Source: Candidatus Latescibacterota bacterium (GTDB lineage: Bacteria > Latescibacterota > UBA2968 > SICM01). From it: 64,000 nucleotides of DNA. Made by a program: the position numbers and the translations under genes. Below are positions 1-9,936 of the stretch, one piece after another. The notes under the pieces were generated by a model that saw only the letters and a list, made by a program, of their open reading frames with translations, searched no databases and was not told the DNA's origin. Every line of letters starts with the position of its first letter. Within the stretch, counting starts at the first letter, position 1. Where the stretch lies: NCBI GenBank assembly GCA_965217865.1, contig CBDCJO010000002.1, positions 3,360,001-3,424,000 of the forward strand. Reading direction: 5' to 3'.

Positions 1-150
1 GGGGACTGCAGTTTTTTATCTGCGCCGGGTGAGCGCCCTCTTTTAAACAATCCGGGTAATTGCCGATAGTATTAAACTGCTCGAAGTCTGATCTTATTTA
101 TATTTTAGTGCTCATAATAGCACGTCTTGTTGAACCGATTTACAGAAAGG

Positions 151-1854
151 ATGAAACCGATGAAATCACACGCCAACCTGCCCTACTTTTTTGCCGTGCT
201 TCTTGTCTCCTCAACCAGCCTCGCCAGTGCCCAGAACACGGGCTCTTCTCCGGTCCTTCAGGCGATGAAGGACGAAATATCTCGCTCTTTGGAAACGTCA
301 AAAGAGCAGCCAGCCCCCCCCTACTTTCTCAGCTACGAGATTACCGAAATGCACACCGCAAATGTGTCCGCCTCGTTTGGCGTACTCACAGGGAGCGACG
401 AAAACCGTCGCCGCCAGCTCGACATCGACTTGCGCGTCGGCGACTACACGCTCGACAATACCCACCCCATCCGTGGAGGCTTTCCCAACTGGGCTGATCG
501 CTACTCCCTGATCACAATTCCCGTCGAGGATGACCCCGATGCGATTCGCAGCGTCCTCTGGTATCATACCGACAAAAAGTACAAGCGTGCGGTCGAACAA
601 CTGACAAAGGTAAAAACCAATGTTCAGGTGAAAGTTGAGGAGGAGGATCAGTCAGATGACTTTTCGCGAGAACCAGCGGAGAACTACATCGAGGAACCGG
701 TCACGGTAAGAATCGATCGCAGTGTGTGGGAGGAGAAACTCAAAAACTACACGGCGCCCTTCGCCCAATACAGCGATATCTACGAAGCAAGCGCAAGAAT
801 GCATATAAATTGCGAGACCCGCTGGTATGTAAACAGTGAGGGGGCTGAGATTCAAACGTCACAGGTATACTATCGCCTCTTCATCTTTGCGTTCTCAAAG
901 GCCGACGACGGCATGGAGCTACCGCGCTACGAGTCATTCTTGGCCTTTAAGCCCGATGATCTTCCAGACGACGCAACATTGCTCAAGGCGGTCGATAAGA
1001 TGATTGAGGACCTACAGGCTCTACGGGCGACCCCCATCGTCGATCCCTACACCGGCCCGGCGATTCTCTCAGGTCGGGCCAGCGGCGTCTTTTTCCACGA
1101 GGTCTTCGGGCATCGCATCGAGGGACATCGACAGAAGAAAGCGGAGGAAGGTCAGACCTTCAAGAAAATGGTGAATGAGAAGGTCCTGCCCGATGTCTTC
1201 TCGGTCTATTCCGACCCGACCCTCTACCGAATCGGGACAACGGACCTTGCTGGCGCTTACAAATATGATAATCAGGGGGTAAAGCCACGGCGGGTGACAG
1301 TCATCGAGAACGGAGTGTTCAAGAAATTCCTGATGTCTCGTTCCCCCATCGAGGGCTTCTCCAACTCGAACGGGCACGGCCGCAAACAGCCAGGATTTAA
1401 ACCTGTTGCACGCCAGTCGAATCTCATTGTCGAGGCATCTCAATCCGTTTCGCGGGCAGACCTCAAGAAGATGCTCATTGAGCAGTGCAAAAAGGAAAAT
1501 AAGGTGTTCGGACTCTTCTTCGAAAACATTCAGGGTGGCTTCACAATCACGGGCCGTATGCTTCCGAACGCCTTCAATGTGCTTCCGATCATGGTCTACC
1601 GCATATACCCCGATGGGCGGGAGGAACTGGTACGCGGCGTGGACCTTATTGGGACACCGCTCACTGCTTTCAGTATGATTGCTGCAGCGGACGATCAGGT
1701 GGAGGTTTTTAACGGTATCTGTGGCGCGGAGTCGGGTGGTGTTCCAGTCTCGGCGGTATCGCCGGGCATCTTCGTCTCACAGATTGAGGTGCAGAAGAAA
1801 TTGAAGTCTCAGGAGCGACCACCCCTCCTCCCAGCGCCTTTCGAGGAACTATAA
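151..1854 (+). CDS. TldD-like metallopeptidase with N-terminal signal peptide
   Basis: HExxxH motif (FFHEVFGHRIEG), YDNQGV, SNGHGR...RQSNL and C-terminal GICGAESG match TldD. Hydrophobic N-terminus ends ASA-Q. The ORF track starts at TTG 127; ATG 151 or 160 is more likely. Confidence 0.88.
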   Translation: MKPMKSHANLPYFFAVLLVSSTSLASAQNTGSSPVLQAMKDEISRSLETSKEQPAPPYFLSYEITEMHTANVSASFGVLTGSDENRRRQLDIDLRVGDYTLDNTHPIRGGFPNWADRYSLITIPVEDDPDAIRSVLWYHTDKKYKRAVEQLTKVKTNVQVKVEEEDQSDDFSREPAENYIEEPVTVRIDRSVWEEKLKNYTAPFAQYSDIYEASARMHINCETRWYVNSEGAEIQTSQVYYRLFIFAFSKADDGMELPRYESFLAFKPDDLPDDATLLKAVDKMIEDLQALRATPIVDPYTGPAILSGRASGVFFHEVFGHRIEGHRQKKAEEGQTFKKMVNEKVLPDVFSVYSDPTLYRIGTTDLAGAYKYDNQGVKPRRVTVIENGVFKKFLMSRSPIEGFSNSNGHGRKQPGFKPVARQSNLIVEASQSVSRADLKKMLIEQCKKENKVFGLFFENIQGGFTITGRMLPNAFNVLPIMVYRIYPDGREELVRGVDLIGTPLTAFSMIAAADDQVEVFNGICGAESGGVPVSAVSPGIFVSQIEVQKKLKSQERPPLLPAPFEEL

Positions 1855-1876
1855 AACCCCCTGAAAGGAGGAGGTT

Positions 1877-3646
1877 ATGCGACGAATGATCGTACTTAGT
1901 GGGATTCTGGGGGTCGTGATCACATTTTCGCCATCACACGCGGAAGAGGGGATCCTGGTGAGAGCCATGCACGATGAGCTCGTGCGTTCGATGGAGAAGC
2001 TCCAGCTCGAAGACCTGGAGAAACCCTATTTCATCGCCTATCGTGTGCAAGAGAAAAAGGCTGCGAGCGTTTCTGCCACCTTCGGCAGCCTGCTCAGCAG
2101 CAGCGAGAGCCACACGCGCCTACTCACCGTGGAGGTGCGAGTCGGGGATTATGCGCTCGACAACACCAACTTCTTTTCCATGTCCTTCGGACGCTCTGGT
2201 GTTTCCCGTATGTTCAGAGGGACCGTTCGGCTTCCCCTTGAAGATAATTACAAGGAACTGAGAAGACAGATCTGGTTGGCCACCGATGGGGCGTATAAAA
2301 AGGCGCTTGAAGATCTGTCCAAGAAACGCGCAGCGCTCCAGCACAAGATGCGCATCGAGGAAATTCCCGACTTTAGCAAAGAGGAGCCTGCCACAATCAC
2401 GGACTGGACAGCGCCTGTGGAAATGGACCGCGTCGAAGCGGGGACATTGGTGCGTGACCTCTCCAGGCTCTTCAAGGAGATGCCGGACATCTTCACTTCC
2501 ACCGTTAATCTTGGCGTGAGCAACGTGGTTGCCCACTATGTGAACAGCGAAGGAACATCGTTCACGAGGATCACCCCGGCGCTGACATTTACAGCACTTG
2601 CAGGGACGCAGGCTCCCGATGGAATGCCGTTGGAAAATTTCATAGCCGTGCACGGACACTCGATGGACGACCTCCCCCCAAAACCCGAACTCGCCGCGCA
2701 CATTCGAGAGATGGGTGTGCATTTGCAGAAACTGCGTGAAGCGCCGCTTGTCGAGCGCTACACCGGCCCTGTGCTCTTCGAAGGACAGGCAGCCGGGGAG
2801 CTGTTCAGCCAGGGTTTCGTACCAAAGCTTCTTGCCTCGCGCCGTCTCCTCTCGGACAATCCTGCGTTCGAAAGAATCAATCTGCAGAGAGAGAATCCTT
2901 TTCTGGACAAGCTCGGCGCACGCGTGCTGCCCCGGTTTCTGAGCGTCGTGGACAATCCGACCCTGACGAATTACAGGAAGACAAAACTTGAAGGTGGATA
3001 CAAAGTCGACGATGACGGTATTCCTGCAAGCGAGACGAAGCTTGTTGAGAAGGGAGTTCTCAAAACCCTGCTAACGACGCGCAACCCGGTCCGGGGGATC
3101 ACGCAGAGCACAGGCAATCGACGTGGTCCAGGGCCTGCGCCGACCAACCTCTTTCTCACGGCTGAAAAAGGATTCAAAGACAAGGAGATCAAGAGGGAAT
3201 TCCTCAACATGGTCAAGCAGCAGGGGAAGGACTATGGCATCGTCGTACGGCGCCTCGGCAATCCGACCCTCAAAGTATCTCGTGACAGGAGGGTCTCAAT
3301 GTTTGCCCGACCTGGCAGGGAAGAGAAAAAAATAGAAGGCGTCATTCTCGCCTACAAGATGTTCACGGATGGACACGAGGAGTTGATCCGCAATGCAGAA
3401 TTGTCGGGCATCAGCGTGGCAACGTTTAAGGACATTTTGGCTGTATCGAAGGGGCAAACAGTGTATAATTTCCGTTTTTCGCGTCAAAGCTCCGCGCCCT
3501 TCTTAGGCAGGGGGCCGCATGAGATGGAGATCGTGGTGTCTCTCATCGTGCCGTCCCTGGTCCTCTTCGAGGATATAACCCTCAAGCAACCAAGCGGTGA
3601 GATATCCAACCCGCCGGTGTCCAAACATCCTTTCTTCGACAAGTGA
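1877..3646 (+). CDS. TldE/PmbA-like non-catalytic partner with signal peptide
   Basis: Paralogous to the upstream gene (PYFIAY, VRVGDYALDNT, YTGPVLF, DDDG, STGN) but has no HExxxH. Signal peptide ends SHA-E. Strong RBS AAAGGAGGAGG. Confidence 0.85.
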   Translation: MRRMIVLSGILGVVITFSPSHAEEGILVRAMHDELVRSMEKLQLEDLEKPYFIAYRVQEKKAASVSATFGSLLSSSESHTRLLTVEVRVGDYALDNTNFFSMSFGRSGVSRMFRGTVRLPLEDNYKELRRQIWLATDGAYKKALEDLSKKRAALQHKMRIEEIPDFSKEEPATITDWTAPVEMDRVEAGTLVRDLSRLFKEMPDIFTSTVNLGVSNVVAHYVNSEGTSFTRITPALTFTALAGTQAPDGMPLENFIAVHGHSMDDLPPKPELAAHIREMGVHLQKLREAPLVERYTGPVLFEGQAAGELFSQGFVPKLLASRRLLSDNPAFERINLQRENPFLDKLGARVLPRFLSVVDNPTLTNYRKTKLEGGYKVDDDGIPASETKLVEKGVLKTLLTTRNPVRGITQSTGNRRGPGPAPTNLFLTAEKGFKDKEIKREFLNMVKQQGKDYGIVVRRLGNPTLKVSRDRRVSMFARPGREEKKIEGVILAYKMFTDGHEELIRNAELSGISVATFKDILAVSKGQTVYNFRFSRQSSAPFLGRGPHEMEIVVSLIVPSLVLFEDITLKQPSGEISNPPVSKHPFFDK

Positions 3647-3773
3647 CCGTGCCAAGTGGAATAGGTGCGGACCGCCGAGATATTGATGACACTTTTCAAC
3701 AGATAATCTCCAAAACATTGACTTTCCCCCTCACAAGCTTGAAACCAAAGACCCTTCGAACGGCTTGGTGTTC

Positions 3774-3810
3774 GCAAAAAAAAACCCACCTTGAAGGCGG
3801 GCTTTTTTGC
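3774..3810. terminator. Probable bidirectional intrinsic terminator
   Basis: A-tract, CCCACC-ttgaa-GGCGGG stem-loop and T-tract between convergent genes. Confidence 0.65.
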
Positions 3811-3830
3811 ACCTGTACAACACCTCTGGA

Positions 3831-4955
3831 TCAGGCTGCAATTTCTGACCTGAGGGAACGCCATTCCTGACGCTGGTGCTTCACATTTGACTTGAGTTCG
3901 GAATAGCGTTTTTTCATGACCACCCGTTCAGGGTGTGTCTTCCCCTGGGTGTGTCTAACTTCAACCCATTGTTTTTGGAATGCATCCTGGTCCTCCAGGG
4001 CGAGGCTCAGCTTTTTGTAGCCCCCTTCCAGGCGTTGTATCCAGTGGCTGGATGCCTGTGATTGGGCTATTTTATTTATGGCCCGGTTGTATTGCGTCTT
4101 CAGGTGGGCTTGCTCAATCTTTAAATTGGAAGGCCGTTTCAGGCCATACGACAGCCTCAGCCAGGAACTGAGCTTAATCACCCATTTGCCCGGATCAAAA
4201 TGCCACCACCTGACCCCGTTTCGATAGTCCCACTGAAATCGGTGGTGATAGTTGTGATACCCCTCCCCGTAGGTAAAAAATGCCAGCAAATGGTTGTCCC
4301 GGGCAGTATGATCATCGACATAGGACTGCCCTCCCCAAATGTGGGCAAGGGAATTGATAAGGAAGGCAAAATGATGGTTCAAAACCAGACGCAGCACCCC
4401 TGCAAGCAGCACAACACCCCACAACTTTCCGTGCCAGTAGCCAAGTAAGAGGGGAAAAACCAGATTGGTCACAACCGCAAGGTGAAAATAATATTTGTGT
4501 TGCCAGCGAACGACGGGATCAGCAATCAGGTCTTTGACATTGGAAAAGTCGTCCTCTCCGCTGTCGTGTTTCCTCAGAATCCAGCCAATGTGTGAAAACC
4601 AGAATCCGCGTTTTGCAGAGTAAGGATCCCTGTCGTCCAGATCCACAAATCGGTGATGATTTCGGTGGTCAGATGCCCAATGGAGAACGCTGTTTTGCAG
4701 TGCACATGCACCCCATATAGCCCAGAAAAGGCGGTACAGAAAATGGGCTTCATAAGCTTTATGGGACCACAACCGGTGATATCCGGCCGTGATCGATATG
4801 CCGGTTAGACCCATAAACAGAAAAAACACAAACCATTCAAACCCATCATACCCCACCTTGTATCCATAGTAAGGAACAACACTGACGGCAAGCAATGGTG
4901 TGGTCGTCAAAATCAGCGCGTTAAGCTTGTTCAAAGGTGCTTTTTGTTCTGGCAC
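3831..4955 (-). CDS. Membrane-bound delta-9 acyl-CoA/acyl-lipid fatty acid desaturase
   Basis: Three His boxes (HRLWSH, HRNHH, GEGYHNYHH), GFWFSHIGW, INSLAH and a C-terminal coiled-coil tail. Confidence 0.93.
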   Translation of the reverse strand: MPEQKAPLNKLNALILTTTPLLAVSVVPYYGYKVGYDGFEWFVFFLFMGLTGISITAGYHRLWSHKAYEAHFLYRLFWAIWGACALQNSVLHWASDHRNHHRFVDLDDRDPYSAKRGFWFSHIGWILRKHDSGEDDFSNVKDLIADPVVRWQHKYYFHLAVVTNLVFPLLLGYWHGKLWGVVLLAGVLRLVLNHHFAFLINSLAHIWGGQSYVDDHTARDNHLLAFFTYGEGYHNYHHRFQWDYRNGVRWWHFDPGKWVIKLSSWLRLSYGLKRPSNLKIEQAHLKTQYNRAINKIAQSQASSHWIQRLEGGYKKLSLALEDQDAFQKQWVEVRHTQGKTHPERVVMKKRYSELKSNVKHQRQEWRSLRSEIAA

Positions 4956-5221
4956 ATCCTCCCCCTTCTTGGTGGTTGTCGACGTTCAGAGCGAGAACCC
5001 GCTTGACTAATCAAGATCTACGATAACATACCTTTATCCTCACCAAATGACAAAAAAACAGCTTTAATTATAATCATTTCGAGCTAACAAAGTCAAGGGT
5101 AATCCAAATTAACCTGGAATCCGACGATTGGAAATGTGATCCTATCGGCAAATCCATCTTATTCAACTGTCCCAAATACCAGACCAATATAAGATCAGTT
5201 CGGAATGCGACTTCCGATGGG

Positions 5222-6988
5222 TTATCCATCCATAGGCAGGCCGAAATCGTCCCGGACCATGAATCCATCCAACCAGCTCATAGGCACACAGCGGTACATA
5301 CTTTCCGCGAATGCCTTCATCCGCGGAAGCTCTTCCTCGTGACCAAGCAGCCGAGTCATCGCCCAGCCGCTGAGTCGGTTGGCCATCCAGTGTGAATCCC
5401 ATATGCAAAGGCCGTCCACTCCGGCCTCGTAGCAGGACATTGCACGGATCCGTCTGAATTCGCCTGCCTGCCGCCGGGGGTAAAGGTCTGCATATACCTG
5501 GGTACCGGTCCCTTGCGCCAGATCGATGTAGGGTCGGAGCCGGGGAATGCTGTCCCTGCCGTCGGGATCCCCTTTGTTTTCGAGGTGAACGACCAGGTGG
5601 TCAACAAGATCTTCTCTCACCCATGTTTCCACGTCCATCGCACGCGACCGAGGGGTGGTGAACGGCCCTAGATCCGGACAACCTCCGGGTGCGAAGGTGT
5701 CGCCCGGAATCACGTAGCAGGTGCCGAGGCGCCTCCCCTTTTCTTTTCCCACTTCGTCAAGCATATCACGCGTGTCACGTAAAAGTTGCGTCAGAAATCC
5801 GGCCCGGTGGTTGAGGACTCGTTCGTCAAAGCGATCCAGATCTTTCATGTTCAGCCCGTGCTTACTCCTAAAGCTGTCCAGGGCGGGCTGTTCGTAGAGC
5901 ACATAGGGAAACGAGCGGCAGAAAATGATACAAACCCCATCCACCTCGTAGTCCTCGACCCACTCTCTGAAGAGATCCACGTACTTTGCTCTTACTTCCG
6001 GAAATGCCTGGCTAAGATGACGAGCAGGGCGGCCCTCGGGTGTAACGCACCGCCATTCTGGATGTTGCCTTTGAAATTCCCCTGGGCCGAGAAATCCGAG
6101 GTGATTCGGCGGGAGTTGCTCTCCAAGCATCCGGACCTCCGCGTAGATTTCAATGCCAATATCCCTGGCCGCCCGCGCGGCAGCTCTGAGTGGATTGAAT
6201 CCGTGTCGACGATAGCGGTCCATAACCTCCAAGCCGTGACGATTGTATCCCGATAGCCCGAAGGACCACTTCATCTCGGATGCCACGCGAGAAGCGTAAT
6301 GGGTTGCGAAGGAACTTGCACAGCCCCAGAGCACCATCTTGAAGTCGCTGTTGGCCAGGGCCTGGAACTCATCGGCCATCTCCTGGTCCGTGGCATAGGC
6401 CCACTTGTGGTGCTGACCGCCGTCGTAGTTGGCGATCAATCGTCTGGTATCTCTCCTGGTGAGATCCTTTTTCGCAATGGACTTTTCCGAATCGGACATG
6501 GGGACAAGACGGATGTAAGAAATGTTCGTGCTGCTTTCTGCGATTGCCCCAGCCGCCGGTCTGTGAAAGGTGATATCCTGACCGGTGAGGTCCGCGGATT
6601 TCCAGTAGGCTTCGCAGATGTCCGCAGGGCCCGGAACCATCTCAGGGGATACAAAATCCTTGCCCGGCCGAAAGGTCTCCGCCACGGCCCTGGTATATCC
6701 TGGATCGCCGCTCAGCTTGATCAACAGACACCAATCCGGGGTTGCCTGCTCCGACCGGTAGGTACCGACAAGAATATGGTACCACCCCTGGACCCCAAGC
6801 GTGAGCCAAAGGGGTGGGGCCTTCGTGTCCGGACCGCAGAAGAGCATCTTCCCTTCGCCCTGATCGATCCTGTAGCTGCAGCAGGTCCACTTACCCTTCT
6901 CGAACTCCTCTGAGATCGCGTTCCCGGGCTCACACGCCGTCATGTCGAGTAAGTAAACAGATTCGTCTTCCCTGTCCATAGTCTCCAT
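5222..6988 (-). CDS. Glycoside hydrolase-like TIM-barrel protein (GHL10/DUF187-like) with N-terminal beta domain
   Basis: Motifs F.RQHPEW, AFPEVR, YEVDGV.I.F.R, DVETWVREDLVD, GVDGL.IWD. No signal peptide. Confidence 0.6.
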   Translation of the reverse strand: METMDREDESVYLLDMTACEPGNAISEEFEKGKWTCCSYRIDQGEGKMLFCGPDTKAPPLWLTLGVQGWYHILVGTYRSEQATPDWCLLIKLSGDPGYTRAVAETFRPGKDFVSPEMVPGPADICEAYWKSADLTGQDITFHRPAAGAIAESSTNISYIRLVPMSDSEKSIAKKDLTRRDTRRLIANYDGGQHHKWAYATDQEMADEFQALANSDFKMVLWGCASSFATHYASRVASEMKWSFGLSGYNRHGLEVMDRYRRHGFNPLRAAARAARDIGIEIYAEVRMLGEQLPPNHLGFLGPGEFQRQHPEWRCVTPEGRPARHLSQAFPEVRAKYVDLFREWVEDYEVDGVCIIFCRSFPYVLYEQPALDSFRSKHGLNMKDLDRFDERVLNHRAGFLTQLLRDTRDMLDEVGKEKGRRLGTCYVIPGDTFAPGGCPDLGPFTTPRSRAMDVETWVREDLVDHLVVHLENKGDPDGRDSIPRLRPYIDLAQGTGTQVYADLYPRRQAGEFRRIRAMSCYEAGVDGLCIWDSHWMANRLSGWAMTRLLGHEEELPRMKAFAESMYRCVPMSWLDGFMVRDDFGLPMDG

Positions 6989-7042
6989 ATCCCGTGCGCA
7001 AATGGGACATCCCCCTGAGGGGAAGTCACTTTGAAAGAAAGC

Positions 7043-8233
7043 TTAGACTTCGGCGGAGATCTCCAGAGCGAACACCGTGTCCCGCGGCTTCGCGCAGTCG
7101 GAGGACCGGTATCCGGTCACATCGAATACGAGGACGAAGCGGCTGGGTCCGACTGCCACCAGGCCTGTCATGCCGCTGGTGTGATCGTTGCGTCCGAACA
7201 GGGATTCCTCGGGAACGATGCGCAGGGTGTTTGTCCACAGGCGCCCGACACCATCCGCGGAGAAGGCGACCTTCTGCCCCGGCCGCCCGAAAGCCAGCAC
7301 AGCGGTGCCGTTCTCCAGGCACACGAGCGACGGTGACACATTGCCGGCGTTGGAGTGGGTCTTTCCCTCGTTGCGCAGCGGCCGCTGGGAGCGGATCCGG
7401 TACACCGGAGGCACCCCTGCCGGCACGCCATCCTCCTCCCAGGTCACCCCGTCGTCGCTGGAGCGGAAGCTGGCCAGGTAGCGCCATTCGTCGCCCGGAT
7501 ACTCCGTCCTTGCCACGACCAGCAGGGAGCCATCGGTCATGCGGGCCATGGTCGGCTCGGTGAACCCACCATGGCCGGGGTCGGTGGCGCCTCCGATCGT
7601 GGAGACATAGTGGAAAGTGTGGGCGCCGTCCGCGCTGCGGAAGAGCATGAGACGGCACCAAGCTCCGTTGCAGTGGGCGCCGAGCAGGGTCCAGGCGGTC
7701 TCGCCCTCGCGTAGAAACCCGTACTGGTAGACGAACTGCTCGCATTGGCCCCAGTAGGACCGCGGTGATTCCAGATCGATGGAGATCTCATCCGGTAGCT
7801 GGAAGACCGCGCCGACCCGACCCTCGCAGAAGGTGGCACCACGATCCTGCGTCTCGCAGCGATTGCCGACAATCAGGTGCGGGTCCTCGACGCGCAGCTC
7901 GTTGAAATAGAGCAGCGTGTCATCTTCAAGCACCAAGGGCTCGGAGGCCGGACCGATGGGCATAGCCCGGGGTGGACTCCAGGTACGGCCGTCGTCCAGG
8001 CTGATGCAGTTGACGGGACGCGTCTGCCGATTCAGCCACGGGGACACGTAGAAGTGGGCATACAGCGTTCCATCCGAGAACCGCGCCGCGTGTGGATAAC
8101 CTCTCACCCCCGCGTCGAAGTCATCATCCGCGCGGTCAGGAGTAGCTTGGTCGATGATCTCTGGAGCTTCGACACGAAGCTGGATGGGATCGGCCATGGT
8201 GCCCAAGATACGACTCCCGGGGTCTCGCTGCAA
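7043..8233 (-). CDS. BNR/Asp-box beta-propeller (sialidase-family) protein
   Basis: Asp boxes SLDDGRTWS, TQDRGATF, SADGAHTF, SSDDGVTWE, SADGVGRLW. True start may be ATG 8197. Confidence 0.75.
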   Translation of the reverse strand: MQRDPGSRILGTMADPIQLRVEAPEIIDQATPDRADDDFDAGVRGYPHAARFSDGTLYAHFYVSPWLNRQTRPVNCISLDDGRTWSPPRAMPIGPASEPLVLEDDTLLYFNELRVEDPHLIVGNRCETQDRGATFCEGRVGAVFQLPDEISIDLESPRSYWGQCEQFVYQYGFLREGETAWTLLGAHCNGAWCRLMLFRSADGAHTFHYVSTIGGATDPGHGGFTEPTMARMTDGSLLVVARTEYPGDEWRYLASFRSSDDGVTWEEDGVPAGVPPVYRIRSQRPLRNEGKTHSNAGNVSPSLVCLENGTAVLAFGRPGQKVAFSADGVGRLWTNTLRIVPEESLFGRNDHTSGMTGLVAVGPSRFVLVFDVTGYRSSDCAKPRDTVFALEISAEV

Positions 8234-8708
8234 CTCCTTTCAGTCGCAGGCCTTTACCTGTCCCCAACTCCTCTCGGTGACAGCCGTGAGCAGGGCGGGA
8301 GGGTGACCGGGGACCACGTTGGTAATTTTGGATATGCCAAAATTATGGTTGATAAAGGCACTCACATCATTATCAGAGGAGATTTGGGTGCCAGAAAGAA
8401 TACAGAAAAAACGGCCGGTACCCCACAGAAAATAGGGACCGGCCGTCTCACAGTTCTGCTTCAGGCAAAAAGCATCTGCCTAAAAGCCGTATGACAGTGG
8501 AAATTCTTAAGGCGTGCCGACTGCCTACAGATCCTCAAGGCACAGATTCCCCAGAGATCAAAGACCTGAGCTTGCATCCTGAATACGATACGCCTGCGCC
8601 TATCCCCTTCAGAGGACTTTTTCTAGCTCCATCTCTCTCTTCATCTTTGAACCACACCCACAAACAACCATTTACTGTACCATTCACCCCCATGTGTTCA
8701 CAATGATC

Positions 8709-9200
8709 TCACAAACCTAAATCTGTCATAGTGTTCGCGATCCTTTCCACCTCAGCCTTCACGCGATGGATGTCCTGATAGATCATCGGAATTGCCTCAT
8801 CGATCCGGTTTACCGCATCCATCACACTCCCGGTTTCCAGGGCGTCTTCGACCATTTTGATTCGAGGTGGCAGCTCCCCCGAACCTGGACTGCCTTTCCA
8901 CCGATCTGTTCTTGGATTAGACCATAAACTGAATTCAAACCCCGCACCCATTCGTATGCCCTCTGCGATCCCTGACGTCGTGCCCGTCGTTAAGATATGC
9001 TTCTTGGTCGCCTCCAGGAGCTGTTTGGTGATCGTCAGGGACTTCAACTGGGCGTCTTTCTGGGCCTTTACAGCGCCGATGTGGGCATGCATGGCTTTGA
9101 CAATAGGCCAAACGGTAGATTGTCCAACAGCAGATGTCGAAATCCCCCCCGACAGGACGGTTACCAGAACGACAGCTGAATACCGACGTGGTAGTGACAT
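8709..9200 (-). CDS. Hypothetical exported helical protein
   Basis: ATG at 9200 has a GGGAGG RBS; N-terminus MSLPRRYSAVVLVTVL is signal-like. No recognisable family. Confidence 0.5.
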   Translation of the reverse strand: MSLPRRYSAVVLVTVLSGGISTSAVGQSTVWPIVKAMHAHIGAVKAQKDAQLKSLTITKQLLEATKKHILTTGTTSGIAEGIRMGAGFEFSLWSNPRTDRWKGSPGSGELPPRIKMVEDALETGSVMDAVNRIDEAIPMIYQDIHRVKAEVERIANTMTDLGL

Positions 9201-9592
9201 TTTATTCCTCCCGTGTTTTGGGTGAGTGGAGCCACGTTTTCTCATTTTCACTTCTAATATCGGGTTTTACCTGAATAAATGCTGTGACAGTGATCAACAT
9301 TCGGAAGGAGCGAGGGCGTCTCCCCCAACAGGGCAGCCTCACGGCAGCATTCATACAGTCCAGCACGTTCCGCGTCTGCTGTCTCAAGGACTGGGTAGGT
9401 AACGATCTTACAACTGGAGACAAGGTGATTTCAAATGGGGAATCCGCCGTAAACGACCAAGAATAACTGTGTCCTTATAAGTCCGAGTTCCGCAACGGGA
9501 GGATCAAGGAGAATGCGTCTGGTCGAATATAAAAAGTGCTTATGTCATCTGACAAGAAAAATAAAATATCCCCTGAATTAGAATCCTCTTGA

Positions 9593-9811
9593 ATTATAGA
9601 TACTAATCTATTCGTAAGGCGTGATGAAAAAGGCTATCGAGCAATTCCAATGAAGGACCTGCTATACGAGACGTTGAGAAAACACCTCAGACCCAGTACA
9701 AGTCCTCTCGTGTTCCATTATAAGGACGGTTCACGATGCCCAGATGTCCGGTGGAGTTTTGGGTCTACCTTGAAGCGAGCGGAATATGCATCAAAAAAGG
9801 GTTATGGCTAA
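9593..9811 (+). pseudogene. Tyrosine recombinase/integrase remnant
   Basis: Manual translation IIDTNLFVRRDEKGYRAIPMKDLLYETLRKHLRPSTSPLVFHYKDGSRCPDVRWSFGSTLKRA resembles the segment between box I and box II of phage integrases. It abuts the tRNA 3' end. Confidence 0.6.
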
Positions 9812-9826
9812 TCACCATAACCCTTT
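9793..9826 (-). terminator. Hairpin/terminator downstream of tRNA-Leu
   Basis: 12-bp stem AAAGGGTTATGG/CCATAACCCTTT with a 7-nt loop, followed by a T-run on the minus strand. Confidence 0.7.
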
Positions 9827-9836
9827 GATATTTATG

Positions 9837-9924
9837 TGGTGCCGAAGGCGGGACTCGAACCCACACGGGATTGCTCCCACTGCCCCCTCAAAGCAGCGTG
9901 TCTACCAGGTTCCACCACTTCGGC
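9837..9924 (-). tRNA. tRNA-Leu(GAG)
   Basis: GCCGAAG acceptor stem, anticodon arm CTGCT-TTGAGGG-GGCAG, long variable arm, GGTTCGAGTCC T-arm, encoded CCA. Classic position after secG. Confidence 0.96.
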
Positions 9925-9936
9925 AACGGGATGGGT

